Source: a virus (taxonomy: Duplodnaviria > Caudoviricetes). From it: a stretch of 35,295 bases of DNA. Every line of letters starts with the position of its first letter. Position 1 is the first letter of the stretch. The notes below the pieces were generated by a model, which saw only the letters and a list, made by a program, of their open reading frames with translations, was not told the origin of the DNA and made no database searches. Positions 1-7,870 of the stretch are shown piece after piece. The DNA lies in the IMG/VR virus record IMGVR_UViG_3300034356_002595, positions 1 through 35,295 of that record; one strand, 5' to 3'. The translations under genes and the position numbers were made by a program.

Positions 1-123
1 AGTTTAGCGATAGTACGAAACGGTTAAAAAAGGTTTTAGCAGACACTATTTTAACCGATACAGTAAAGAATGCTATTGAGAATGCTATAAGCGATGCGGA
101 GCAGTTAACCGAGATTCAAGACA
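1..123. repeat. Terminal direct repeat / circular assembly overlap (left copy)
   Basis: agtttagcgatagtacg...gagattcaagaca is identical to 35173-35295, and an ORF reads in frame across the junction. Confidence 0.95.
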
Positions 124-332
124 CCACAATTCAACTGCTTAATCAAACTATTGCCATTCAGGAAAAACAAATCGAAAATCGAGATACATTAATCCTAGAG
201 CAAAAAAAGGTAATAGAAAAGCAAGAGCAAGACAGCAAAAGGCAAAGTAAAAAAAGCAAGTTGAGGAAGGTAGGCAATACTGCATTAATTGCTAGTTTAG
301 TTGGATTGGTGCTGTTTTTCGCAGTTAAGTAA
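1..332 (+). CDS. 3' part of the junction-spanning coiled-coil membrane protein (candidate spanin; starts at 34938)
   Basis: Manual translation: ...FSDSTKRLKKVLADTILTDTVKNAIENAISDAEQLTEIQ...KKSKLRKVGNTALIASLVGLVLFFAVK*, stop TAA at 330-332. Has a C-terminal TM helix. Missing from the ORF track because it wraps. Confidence 0.8.
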   Translation, partial: FSDSTKRLKKVLADTILTDTVKNAIENAISDAEQLTEIQDTTIQLLNQTIAIQEKQIENRDTLILEQKKVIEKQEQDSKRQSKKSKLRKVGNTALIASLVGLVLFFAVK

Positions 333-533
333 TTAATTTTTTAACTCAAACGACCCATACCACACCATCAATTCCAAATGCTTTATGGTGGTGGTAATTG
401 GTGGCTTTTTGCGTTCTAGGTAAGTAAACCGGCACGTCTCGGAATCCACTGCATCTACCTTAATCAGACCATCGTGCTTTGATTCATAAGTTCCAAATTG
501 GACTTTTGGCAATTGCTTTTGTTTAGCTTTCAT
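333..533 (-). CDS. Hypothetical protein (66 aa)
   Basis: ORF with its own upstream TATATTTG box. Its stop abuts the convergent stop of the late operon (TAATTA at 330-335). Confidence 0.65.
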   Translation of the reverse strand: MKAKQKQLPKVQFGTYESKHDGLIKVDAVDSETCRFTYLERKKPPITTTIKHLELMVWYGSFELKN

Positions 534-577
534 AAATACATCTCGTTTTTGCCTTGTTTTAGGCTTTCTGTTAAACG

Positions 578-585
578 CAAATATA
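578..585 (-). promoter_or_regulatory. Bacteroidota sigma-70 -7 box (TATATTTG)
   Basis: Matches the TAnnTTTG consensus in intergenic DNA upstream of ORF 333-533. Confidence 0.55.
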
Positions 586-632
586 ATTGTAAGGTGTTTG
601 TAAGGTAAAAAATTTAAACGTCTTAAATCGCA

Positions 633-845
633 TTATTTTAATAATTCTTTCAGCCTTTCTATCATTGTCAATTGCACAACATGGTATTTACGCTTTTTAA
701 AACGTACAACTGGCTCGTAAGTCATGTGAAAGGTACACACTCGGCACGTTCTTAAATGCCTTTTGTCGTAGCTTAAATTGGCACGTTTGGATTTGCCAAA
801 CATAAACAAAGGTAATTTCAAATTGCATCGGTAACATCTTTTCAT
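633..845 (-). CDS. Small zinc-finger protein
   Basis: CYRC...CRVC pair; ATGA overlap with the upstream gene. Confidence 0.7.
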   Translation of the reverse strand: MKRCYRCNLKLPLFMFGKSKRANLSYDKRHLRTCRVCTFHMTYEPVVRFKKRKYHVVQLTMIERLKELLK

Positions 846-1006
846 TCTTCTACTATTTCAAATTTTATTTGTACGTTCATTTGACTTGCCAAATTTTGCC
901 AACTTTTATAGTAACTTTTAGCTTGTTCTTTGCTTTCAAACACATGCACTACTGGACTTGGATTGTCAGCAAAGTACAGCGAGATTTTGTATAGTAAATT
1001 TTTCAT
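842..1006 (-). CDS. Hypothetical protein
   Basis: Likely start MKNLLYK at 1006, right after the primase stop at 1008; the ORF track extends it to 1030. Confidence 0.6.
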   Translation of the reverse strand: MKNLLYKISLYFADNPSPVVHVFESKEQAKSYYKSWQNLASQMNVQIKFEIVEE

Positions 1007-1007
1007 C

Positions 1008-2921
1008 TTAAAAAGGGTTTTCTTCATCAATTACTGTATGTATTCTTTTAACGGCTAAGTCCAGTGGGTTACTGCTAAATTCAGGCATTTCGGCATACTC
1101 TTCTACTATCTTTTTGTCGGTTTCTTTGGCTTTCTCTTTAATGTACATTTCGAGGTGGTCAACACCTTCTACTAAATATCTTTTTGACCTGCCATCCATG
1201 TTTATTTCTTTCATCCCTATTTTTCCAACTATCTTTTGCCTACGTATTTTTAGGCTCTCAATTTGGCAAATAGTGCTTTCGGGGTCGGTTTGGCGATACG
1301 GTCTGTGATAAACAAGTATGTTATCCATTTTATTATTCCACATTGCACCACCTGCAATCATTCCCGTGTTTGGTCGTGGAAAATTCCCATCCGCACCTGC
1401 TCGCAATGCTTCTTTTGTCGGGTGCGCTACAATCACAAAGCACTGGTCATTCTCCCTTGCAAACTGCGTATATTCACTTAAAACCCTGCCTATGTATTGG
1501 TCATCTCTTGCTACACCTTGCTCGGCATTTGATAGCTGGTTAAATGGGTCAATTACGCAAAAGTCCACCTTCTTTTTGATTATCAATTCCAAAAACCTTG
1601 CACGGATATAACTTGGTGTCGGGAAATTATCTTTGGGGTATACAAAGAAAAAATGGTCTGCAATGAAATCATAAATCGCACTGTATAAATTCTCATCGGG
1701 TCGGCTAAGCAAAAAAGGAAGGCAAGGACTTCCCCAATAAATCTCTACAAGTTCATGATAAAATTCATGTGCTGGGAAATCTTCAGGTGCGTATAAAGCA
1801 AATTTTTTATTCTCACATACTACCTGCAAAAGCATCAAGTATTTTAGAAATGTCGATTTGCCATAATTACCTATTCCAGTAAGCAAAGTTATTTCACCTT
1901 TTTTCCATTTAAAAAGATTGTCTAGTTCCCCCATGTAAAGAGGACTTGCAGATACATGGCCATAACGCAAAAGATTCAAAGCATCTTCTTTCACATCTTC
2001 ACCGAAAATAACATCCTTTGCTTTTTCCTCAAGGTCGTAAATCGAATCGTCTATTTTAACCTCGCAGTTATCTACTCGGTTAACTAGCACATCCTTTGTA
2101 AAATGCGCTGAGTTAGCTTGGTTAGAACGATATGCGCTGTTGATAGCTTGCTCTGCCTCGTGCTGGCTAAACTCCGTGCTTTTGCTTAAAATATCATAAT
2201 TGATATTGGCTTGGCAATCCGATTTGCTCATTCCAAAGCGACAACATGCCGAGGCTAACTTGTAAATAAATCGGTTTCTATTACCGTTTATAAAAGCTTC
2301 GTTACTATTGGTTAGCCATGTAAGTAGCTTTTGATATACCTCGTTTTGCGGAACCTCGATATTTTGTTTCTGCTGGTATGTTTGAACTATCTTGTACTTG
2401 GTAAAAGGCTCGCACGTTTCTTTGATTAAAATATCGGGGTCGTAGCTTTCAAAACATACCCTAGCTACGTTAATGCCAGTGCGGTCTATTTCGGGCATAA
2501 TATCGCGCAAGGCTTCAAAATGCTCACGGTGTCTTTTGCCATCTGCTATTCTAACAAGTAACTTAACACCAGTCGCTCTTGGACTAAGCCAACTGGCAAT
2601 TGCATAAGGCAATTCAAACAATTCTTTCTTTTTGGCTTCAGGGTTTTTTTCATCATCAAAGTCTAAAATTAAAAACCCCGAATGTTCGACTATCAAATTG
2701 TCTTTCCTATTGGCTTCGAATTTGCCACTAAAACAGACACTAGGAAGCGTTTTTTTTATTTCGTTAGCTTCATCCTTGCTTTTAGCTTTGCGTATCTCCA
2801 GCACGCGATTTTTGGCCTTCTTGCCGTTCTTAATTCTTTCTAACGCTTGCGCTATTGTAATGTGCGCAAATTCATCGGTCTTGACGATGTTAGGGTATAT
2901 CGTGCAGATTTTATTTAGCAT
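1008..2921 (-). CDS. Primase-helicase: BT4734/VirE-N-like primase + PriCT-like domain + SF4 (DnaB/T7 gp4-like) helicase
   Basis: KKTLPSVCFSGKF..HSGFLILDFD..SPRATGVK (BT4734/VirE-N-like); GNRNRFIYKLA (PriCT-like); Walker A TGIGNYGKST; Walker B VIDPFNQL; VIVAHP. Confidence 0.85.
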   Translation of the reverse strand: MLNKICTIYPNIVKTDEFAHITIAQALERIKNGKKAKNRVLEIRKAKSKDEANEIKKTLPSVCFSGKFEANRKDNLIVEHSGFLILDFDDEKNPEAKKKELFELPYAIASWLSPRATGVKLLVRIADGKRHREHFEALRDIMPEIDRTGINVARVCFESYDPDILIKETCEPFTKYKIVQTYQQKQNIEVPQNEVYQKLLTWLTNSNEAFINGNRNRFIYKLASACCRFGMSKSDCQANINYDILSKSTEFSQHEAEQAINSAYRSNQANSAHFTKDVLVNRVDNCEVKIDDSIYDLEEKAKDVIFGEDVKEDALNLLRYGHVSASPLYMGELDNLFKWKKGEITLLTGIGNYGKSTFLKYLMLLQVVCENKKFALYAPEDFPAHEFYHELVEIYWGSPCLPFLLSRPDENLYSAIYDFIADHFFFVYPKDNFPTPSYIRARFLELIIKKKVDFCVIDPFNQLSNAEQGVARDDQYIGRVLSEYTQFARENDQCFVIVAHPTKEALRAGADGNFPRPNTGMIAGGAMWNNKMDNILVYHRPYRQTDPESTICQIESLKIRRQKIVGKIGMKEINMDGRSKRYLVEGVDHLEMYIKEKAKETDKKIVEEYAEMPEFSSNPLDLAVKRIHTVIDEENPF

Positions 2922-3744
2922 AATTTTGAAGTTTATAAAATTTTAAAATTTCATCAAGTTCTGTATCGGACAATATTTTGTCATCATCCCATCTCAAAGG
3001 GCGCAATCCAAGTTTCAAACAATCGTAGTAATAGATGTACGGCTGTTGGTAGTTGGAAGGTATTGGTGTTTGTTTCGGATGTAAAGGCAAAGGTAAAGGT
3101 GTGCTAACGGCTGGCAAAATTATTTCATCTTCCCATGCACAATTATTTAAGTACGTGTCGGGGTTTTTTCTGTACTGCGAATCAGGTGTGACCGCTACAT
3201 ATTTAGGTACATGCAAAATTATAGCTTGCTTAGTTTCTTCTTTTAACTTACTCCATTTTTTCAGCGTATTTTTCTTATCTACTTTTTTATCGTACAAATT
3301 CCAAAAAGTATCAAACAAAGAATCATTAATTGTTTTTGGTTCTATTGTTTTTGGTTCTATTGTTGTTTGTTCTATTATGGGTACAGTGCTGTCCTTTTGC
3401 TGTATAGTCGCTAAATCAAGTGCTGTATAAGTGCTGTCCTTCCGCTGTATCAATTTTTGATTAAGCGAAATTATTGTACTTGTGTTTTGATTAATTGATT
3501 TTTGTACGACTATAATAAAACCCCACTCAACTAAATCATTAAAAACACCATAGTAAGTGTTCTTTGATTTTATACGAAGTATCTCCATTGAATCTTCTGT
3601 TGGCAATCCAAACTTTTCTTTTTGCCCAAGACGATTCCACTTTTCGCATATCCAAAAAAACATAGCTGTATGGTTGCTATTGTATTTATCAGGATTGTCA
3701 AAGCACCAATTATGCCATGTCCGACTTAATTCATATCCGTTCAT
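2911..3744 (-). CDS. Phage replication initiator protein (N-terminal winged HTH)
   Basis: N-terminal HTH-like region, repeat-rich linker, C-terminal FDTFWNLYDKKVDKK...KNPDTYLNNCAWEDE domain typical of phage replisome organisers; directly upstream of the helicase. Confidence 0.75.
   Translation of the reverse strand: MNGYELSRTWHNWCFDNPDKYNSNHTAMFFWICEKWNRLGQKEKFGLPTEDSMEILRIKSKNTYYGVFNDLVEWGFIIVVQKSINQNTSTIISLNQKLIQRKDSTYTALDLATIQQKDSTVPIIEQTTIEPKTIEPKTINDSLFDTFWNLYDKKVDKKNTLKKWSKLKEETKQAIILHVPKYVAVTPDSQYRKNPDTYLNNCAWEDEIILPAVSTPLPLPLHPKQTPIPSNYQQPYIYYYDCLKLGLRPLRWDDDKILSDTELDEILKFYKLQNYAK
3329..3450. repeat. Iteron-like direct repeats inside the initiator gene (candidate origin)
   Basis: attgtttttggttct x2 plus attgttgtttgttct (3329-3373); agtgctgtccttNNgctgtat x2 (3385-3405, 3430-3450) with a partial agtgctgtat at 3419-3428. 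Confidence 0.6.
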
Positions 3745-3759
3745 TTTGTTTGTTGGTAA

Positions 3760-3867
3760 AATAAAAAACCCACCAACTTTCGGTAAATGCAGTTACCTAC
3801 GGTTAATGGGTTTTGGTCTAAGACCAATACTCTACATCGTCTGCATACGAAGGGCAATCCTTTTGCC
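3760..3867 (-). ncRNA. Candidate structured leader RNA A (4 hairpins, kissing loop, terminator-like 3' hairpin)
   Basis: GGCAA/UUGCC; UCGU-[AUGCAG]-ACGA; UUGGUC/GACCAA; long stem with inner GGUAA-[CUGCAU]-UUACC followed by a U-tract. The two loops are complementary; G-U pairs favour the minus strand. Confidence 0.6.
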
Positions 3868-3871
3868 AGTA

Positions 3872-3879
3872 CAAATATA
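3872..3879 (-). promoter_or_regulatory. Bacteroidota -7 box (TATATTTG) driving leader A and the initiator gene
   Basis: TAnnTTTG consensus 4 nt upstream of the first hairpin. Confidence 0.65.
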
Positions 3880-3886
3880 CTAAATT

Positions 3887-6049
3887 TTAAAACAACGATG
3901 TTTGTTTTTTAACTTCAGTACAATTAATTAGATTCTTTTTAGCTATATCGAAATAACTTTCTTTTAACTCAAATCCTATCCCTTTTCTACCCATTTTTAC
4001 AGCTTGATAAACTTCGCTACCAATACCCATAAATGGTGTTAAAACAATATCACCTTTATTAGAATATAGATGTATTAGCCTTTCAATTGTATCAAGTTGA
4101 AGAGGGCATATATGTTTTTCGTCATTGTCTTCTCTACCATTTCTAAACCCTTGTAAAGTATTTGAATAGTTTATATCCATCCATACTGGAGATGCATATT
4201 TTTGCCATAAATTGACACTTAATTCTGTATTCATTACTGGGTTATTTCTTTCACCATCTTTTCTAAATATCATTACATAATCAGGAATACCGACACGGCT
4301 CATAGTACTATCCTTTTTCACTTGTTTATGCAGTAATCCAAGTGCTTTTGTTCTTTGCATTTCAATTACTGGGTCTTTCCAAATAGTAACTCTACTTGCA
4401 TAAATAAAACCTGCATCTTCAAAAGATTTTAAAATCATTCCACTAAAATCACGAAGTCCAATAAATCCTTCTTTCCCTTTTTGTATTGGCAAATCCATAC
4501 AATGAATTGCCACATTTCTGCCTTGCATCATTACTCTATATAACTCTTTAATAAGAAAACTAAATTGCGTTAAAAATTCATTGTAATCTTTTGAATTACC
4601 CATATCTTCTATATGGTTTGAATAAGTATATAATTCGGCAAATGGAGGACTAAATACACTCAATCCAATACTTTCATTTGGTACATTTTTAATTAACTGG
4701 ATACAATCACCTCTTTGTATTGAGTACCATTCATTTTTTACTTCTTTATTATCAAATTCATTTACTTTCATAATTTTACCAGCTAAATTAAGATTAACTG
4801 CTTTTGCCATTTCCTCTTGCATAATTTCAAATTGTTTTTGTTTTGCATCTATTGCATGTTTTACATTAGCCATTGTATCTGTTGTTATCAAATAAATATT
4901 TACTTCGTTTTTTTGACCAAAACGATAACTTCTTCTAATTGCTTGATATAAACCTTCAAATGAAAAATCTAAACTTGCAAAAATTTGATTTCTACAGTTT
5001 TGATAGTTCATTCCAAAACTTGCTATTTTGGTTTTGGTTATCAATATTCTAAATTCATTATTTGCAAATCCAAGCAGCTTGTCTTTTTTCCATTCGTTAC
5101 TATCACTACCTTTAACTTCAACCGCATCAGGAATTAGTTTTTTAAGTAGTTCTCCCTCCTCGTTTTGCTTAATCCAAATGATAAAATTTTCATCAGGCTT
5201 TTCATTTATGATTTTCACTACTTCATCAAGTCGATCTACTATGGTTAATCTTAATTCTTGATTGAAGTTTGTTGCAGAAATAATTGCATCGTTGAATAAA
5301 CTGCCGTTATCTCGCTTTAATGTTTTGATTTGATTTTCCAGCAAGTTCAACTTAGGCAAATCATATCCTATCATTTCAAAACCAATATCGATAGGTTTGT
5401 TTAACATTATAGCCCAACTTCCTATAAACTGATAAAACATCTTTACAGCGTGTCCTTTTAACCTCCATTTAGCCGTTTCCCCTCCATCGTGAACAAAATA
5501 CATTGCTAACATCTCATTTCTGCTCATAACGTCTAAAAATTCACTATGATTACCTAACTCCATTGGATCATTTGGGGATGGAGTAGCAGTACAAGCTAAT
5601 TTATAAGGTGTTTTTATAAAATTATCAATTATTTGTTTTTTGGTAGCACCTTCAAAATTTTTTAAAATGCTGCTTTCATCAAGTACAATACCACTATAAA
5701 TTGAAGAATTAATATTATCAATCTGCTCGTAATTTTTAACATGTATATGTGTCATGTCAATACCAAATTTTAATCCCTCTTGTATTGTTTGAGAAGTTAC
5801 TGCTAGAGGTGCCAAAATTAAAACTGGTTTATTAGTAAATTTATATACTTGATTTGCCCATTCTAATTGCATTAATGTTTTACCCAATCCACAATCGGCA
5901 AAAATCGCATACTTACCAGCTTTTAAAGCACGTTTAACAATAAATTTTTGAAAAGGAAACATAGCCTTATTTAAATTACTATCTTCAATTTCAAATCCTG
6001 ATAAAACGTGTGTTTTTTGTTTTTTGTTAATAAATTCTAAATACTCCAT
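3887..6049 (-). CDS. SF2 (SNF2-like) helicase fused to an N4/N6 DNA methyltransferase
   Basis: ADCGLGKT, VLDESS, TATPSPND, QAIRRSYRFGQ (helicase); GDCI, FSPPF, HICPLQ, TPFMGIGSE, GFELKESYF (beta-class MTase). Confidence 0.9.
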   Translation of the reverse strand: MEYLEFINKKQKTHVLSGFEIEDSNLNKAMFPFQKFIVKRALKAGKYAIFADCGLGKTLMQLEWANQVYKFTNKPVLILAPLAVTSQTIQEGLKFGIDMTHIHVKNYEQIDNINSSIYSGIVLDESSILKNFEGATKKQIIDNFIKTPYKLACTATPSPNDPMELGNHSEFLDVMSRNEMLAMYFVHDGGETAKWRLKGHAVKMFYQFIGSWAIMLNKPIDIGFEMIGYDLPKLNLLENQIKTLKRDNGSLFNDAIISATNFNQELRLTIVDRLDEVVKIINEKPDENFIIWIKQNEEGELLKKLIPDAVEVKGSDSNEWKKDKLLGFANNEFRILITKTKIASFGMNYQNCRNQIFASLDFSFEGLYQAIRRSYRFGQKNEVNIYLITTDTMANVKHAIDAKQKQFEIMQEEMAKAVNLNLAGKIMKVNEFDNKEVKNEWYSIQRGDCIQLIKNVPNESIGLSVFSPPFAELYTYSNHIEDMGNSKDYNEFLTQFSFLIKELYRVMMQGRNVAIHCMDLPIQKGKEGFIGLRDFSGMILKSFEDAGFIYASRVTIWKDPVIEMQRTKALGLLHKQVKKDSTMSRVGIPDYVMIFRKDGERNNPVMNTELSVNLWQKYASPVWMDINYSNTLQGFRNGREDNDEKHICPLQLDTIERLIHLYSNKGDIVLTPFMGIGSEVYQAVKMGRKGIGFELKESYFDIAKKNLINCTEVKKQTSLF

Positions 6050-6061
6050 TTTTTTAAGTTT

Positions 6062-6174
6062 AAATAAAAAACCCCAAAATCAGAAGCCTCTACACTTCAT
6101 CATTCAGGGTTTTAGGTGATAATCACCATAATCTTGCATACAGTAGAGGATGTATGGTAAAGCTATTGCTTTAC
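6062..6174 (-). ncRNA. Candidate structured leader RNA B (same architecture as A, different sequence)
   Basis: GUAAAGC/GCUUUAC; CAUACA-[UCCUCUAC]-UGUAUG; GGUGA/UCACC; long stem with inner GAAG-[UGUAGAGG]-CUUC followed by a U-tract. Loops are complementary over 7 bp. Confidence 0.6.
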
Positions 6175-6179
6175 AGTTA

Positions 6180-6187
6180 CAAATATA
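6180..6187 (-). promoter_or_regulatory. Bacteroidota -7 box (TATATTTG) driving leader B and the helicase-MTase
   Basis: TAnnTTTG consensus 5 nt upstream of the first hairpin. Confidence 0.65.
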
Positions 6188-6192
6188 ATACT

Positions 6193-6549
6193 TTAATTAT
6201 TTTGCGCTTCAATGCAAATTGTATTTATTTTTTCGATTAGTTCTCTGCGCTTTTCCAGTGGCAAAGTAGATAAACCAGCTACCGACCTACCAATGTTCTC
6301 GTACATTATGTCAATAGCATCCGCATCATCTCGCAAAAACTTGCTAAAATATTTAAGCAAAATTCTCATTTCACCATTGGTTTTAATTAGCTGTGGCATT
6401 ATAGGCTTTTCAGTGTCTAAATGATAAATATATGCTTTATGTGGCATTATGGAATCTATCCATCCCTGCGCCATGTGCAAATGACCTGCAATGTTAGAAA
6501 ATGCCGTGAAAATCTCTTCTGTAATACTGGGTTGTGTTGTCGTTTCCAT
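6193..6549 (-). CDS. Hypothetical protein (118 aa)
   Basis: ORF tightly packed in the early operon. Confidence 0.7.
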   Translation of the reverse strand: METTTQPSITEEIFTAFSNIAGHLHMAQGWIDSIMPHKAYIYHLDTEKPIMPQLIKTNGEMRILLKYFSKFLRDDADAIDIMYENIGRSVAGLSTLPLEKRRELIEKINTICIEAQNN

Positions 6550-6550
6550 G

Positions 6551-6901
6551 TTATTTAAAGAATATAAATTTTAGGTAGTTAATCAAAGATATAGCCGTTC
6601 TTTTCAAAGAAATTGACAAGCCCGAATAGTTTTTGCTCTTTTTTTTTAAAGCTGTTTCTTTGCGCTTTAACTCGGCTTCAATACGCACTTGTTCAGGTGT
6701 TGGTAGCAGTTCCGATTGGATACGGTGAAACATAACGATCGTGGACTTAACTTGTCCAATTTTGGCTTTCCCGATATTAGGGGAAATGTAATCATCATTA
6801 GCGGCCAGCATCATATTGTGCGTTAATTCCATTTGATACTTTAAGCCATCATACAAATAGGTAGCATTTCGACCTACAATTTTTAGATTTTCGATTTTCA
6901 T
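6551..6901 (-). CDS. Hypothetical protein
   Basis: Likely start MKIENLKIVG at 6901; the ORF-track extension to 7036 runs through a promoter box. Confidence 0.7.
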   Translation of the reverse strand: MKIENLKIVGRNATYLYDGLKYQMELTHNMMLAANDDYISPNIGKAKIGQVKSTIVMFHRIQSELLPTPEQVRIEAELKRKETALKKKSKNYSGLSISLKRTAISLINYLKFIFFK

Positions 6902-6917
6902 AATTTTAAAATTAGTG

Positions 6918-6925
6918 CAAAGGTA
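6918..6925 (-). promoter_or_regulatory. Bacteroidota -7 box (TACCTTTG)
   Basis: TAnnTTTG followed by an A/T-rich 16-nt spacer and the ATG at 6901. Confidence 0.6.
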
Positions 6926-7111
6926 TAGGGGAGTGGTGGGATGTTTGGTCTTAGTTCCCCTATCCTCTGCGGTTTTATCGTTTAAATTTAGGATTTCCAA
7001 TAATTGATTTCCATTTTTCTTTATAAATAAAATCAACTACTTTTTTTGGTGTTTGATATACAAACAATTTTTCTAGTGCTGTTTTTAAATATATACTTGT
7101 TTCCATAAATT

Positions 7112-7531
7112 TTATCGTTTAAATACTATCATGGCGGCATCCCTGCCATGCTCATTGGTTTTACTATCGTATCCAGTCAACTTGACAAAATAATCGTGGC
7201 TAACTTTCTTAAGGTTACCTTGCAATTTTGTAGGCTTGTAAGGTATAGAATAATCATCCAAAAACTCGACTATGTGGCGATAGGTTTGCTTTACAGCACC
7301 AGCACCTTGCAACCTTGCATCACTTGCTTTTTTTCCACCAAAACTTATCCATGTATTTGGGTTTTCAATGTACACCTCTATACTATTTGTTCTCCAAGCT
7401 TTTAAGGTATCGAATAACTCATGCAAAGACAAAGAACAACAATGCGTAAGTTCAGCTAACTGCCTATCGTAAATTGCAAAGCCACAATTAATGCCAGGAT
7501 CTATACCTACAGCGTACCTATAAGAATGCAT
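7112..7531 (-). CDS. RuvC-like Holliday junction resolvase
   Basis: AVGIDPGINCGFA, VYIENP and EHGRDAAM acidic catalytic motifs of the RNase H fold; start could be 7546 or 7531. Confidence 0.75.
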   Translation of the reverse strand: MHSYRYAVGIDPGINCGFAIYDRQLAELTHCCSLSLHELFDTLKAWRTNSIEVYIENPNTWISFGGKKASDARLQGAGAVKQTYRHIVEFLDDYSIPYKPTKLQGNLKKVSHDYFVKLTGYDSKTNEHGRDAAMIVFKR

Positions 7532-7868
7532 ATTGCCCATTTTCATCTATTTGCATGTAAGGTCCTTCATCTTCATTCCTTAGCTTCCTCAGCGTAAACT
7601 TATCCGAATGTTGAGGATATTGAGATATAAACAATCGAGTAAAATACGGGATAAACGAGTTATTTATTTTGAAATTGCTGTCATTTGTTTTAAGGTAGTG
7701 CTCCCACCTTATGACCTCGCCTATCAAATAAAATGATAGTTTATCTCGACCCATTTCAATAGCCTTAAATGCAAACTCTTTAAATCTACTATACACTATC
7801 GGATTCTCTCGATTGTATTTCTCGAATGATTCCCGAATGGTTTGACCAGTTAATGCTTTGTGATTCAT
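7518..7868 (-). CDS. Phage hypothetical protein
   Basis: Packed ORF in the early operon; function not recognised. Confidence 0.75.
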   Translation of the reverse strand: MNHKALTGQTIRESFEKYNRENPIVYSRFKEFAFKAIEMGRDKLSFYLIGEVIRWEHYLKTNDSNFKINNSFIPYFTRLFISQYPQHSDKFTLRKLRNEDEGPYMQIDENGQYAFL

Positions 7869-7870
7869 AG

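Noticed and set aside
3329-3450. Repeats as a CRISPR array
   Set aside because: Too short, tandem without unique spacers, in frame within a coding gene, and no cas genes present.
3760-6174. Leader elements as tRNAs, HDV-like ribozymes or SAM riboswitches
   Set aside because: No T-loop/anticodon/CCA pattern and no conserved catalytic or ligand-binding nucleotides recognised; the two copies conserve shape rather than sequence. An Rfam scan is still needed.
6925-6963. Inverted repeat atagggga...tcccctat near the 6918 promoter, with ttggtcttag matching leader A, as a third leader copy
   Set aside because: It lies upstream of the -7 box and lacks the four-hairpin/kissing-loop layout; the 10-nt match may be chance.
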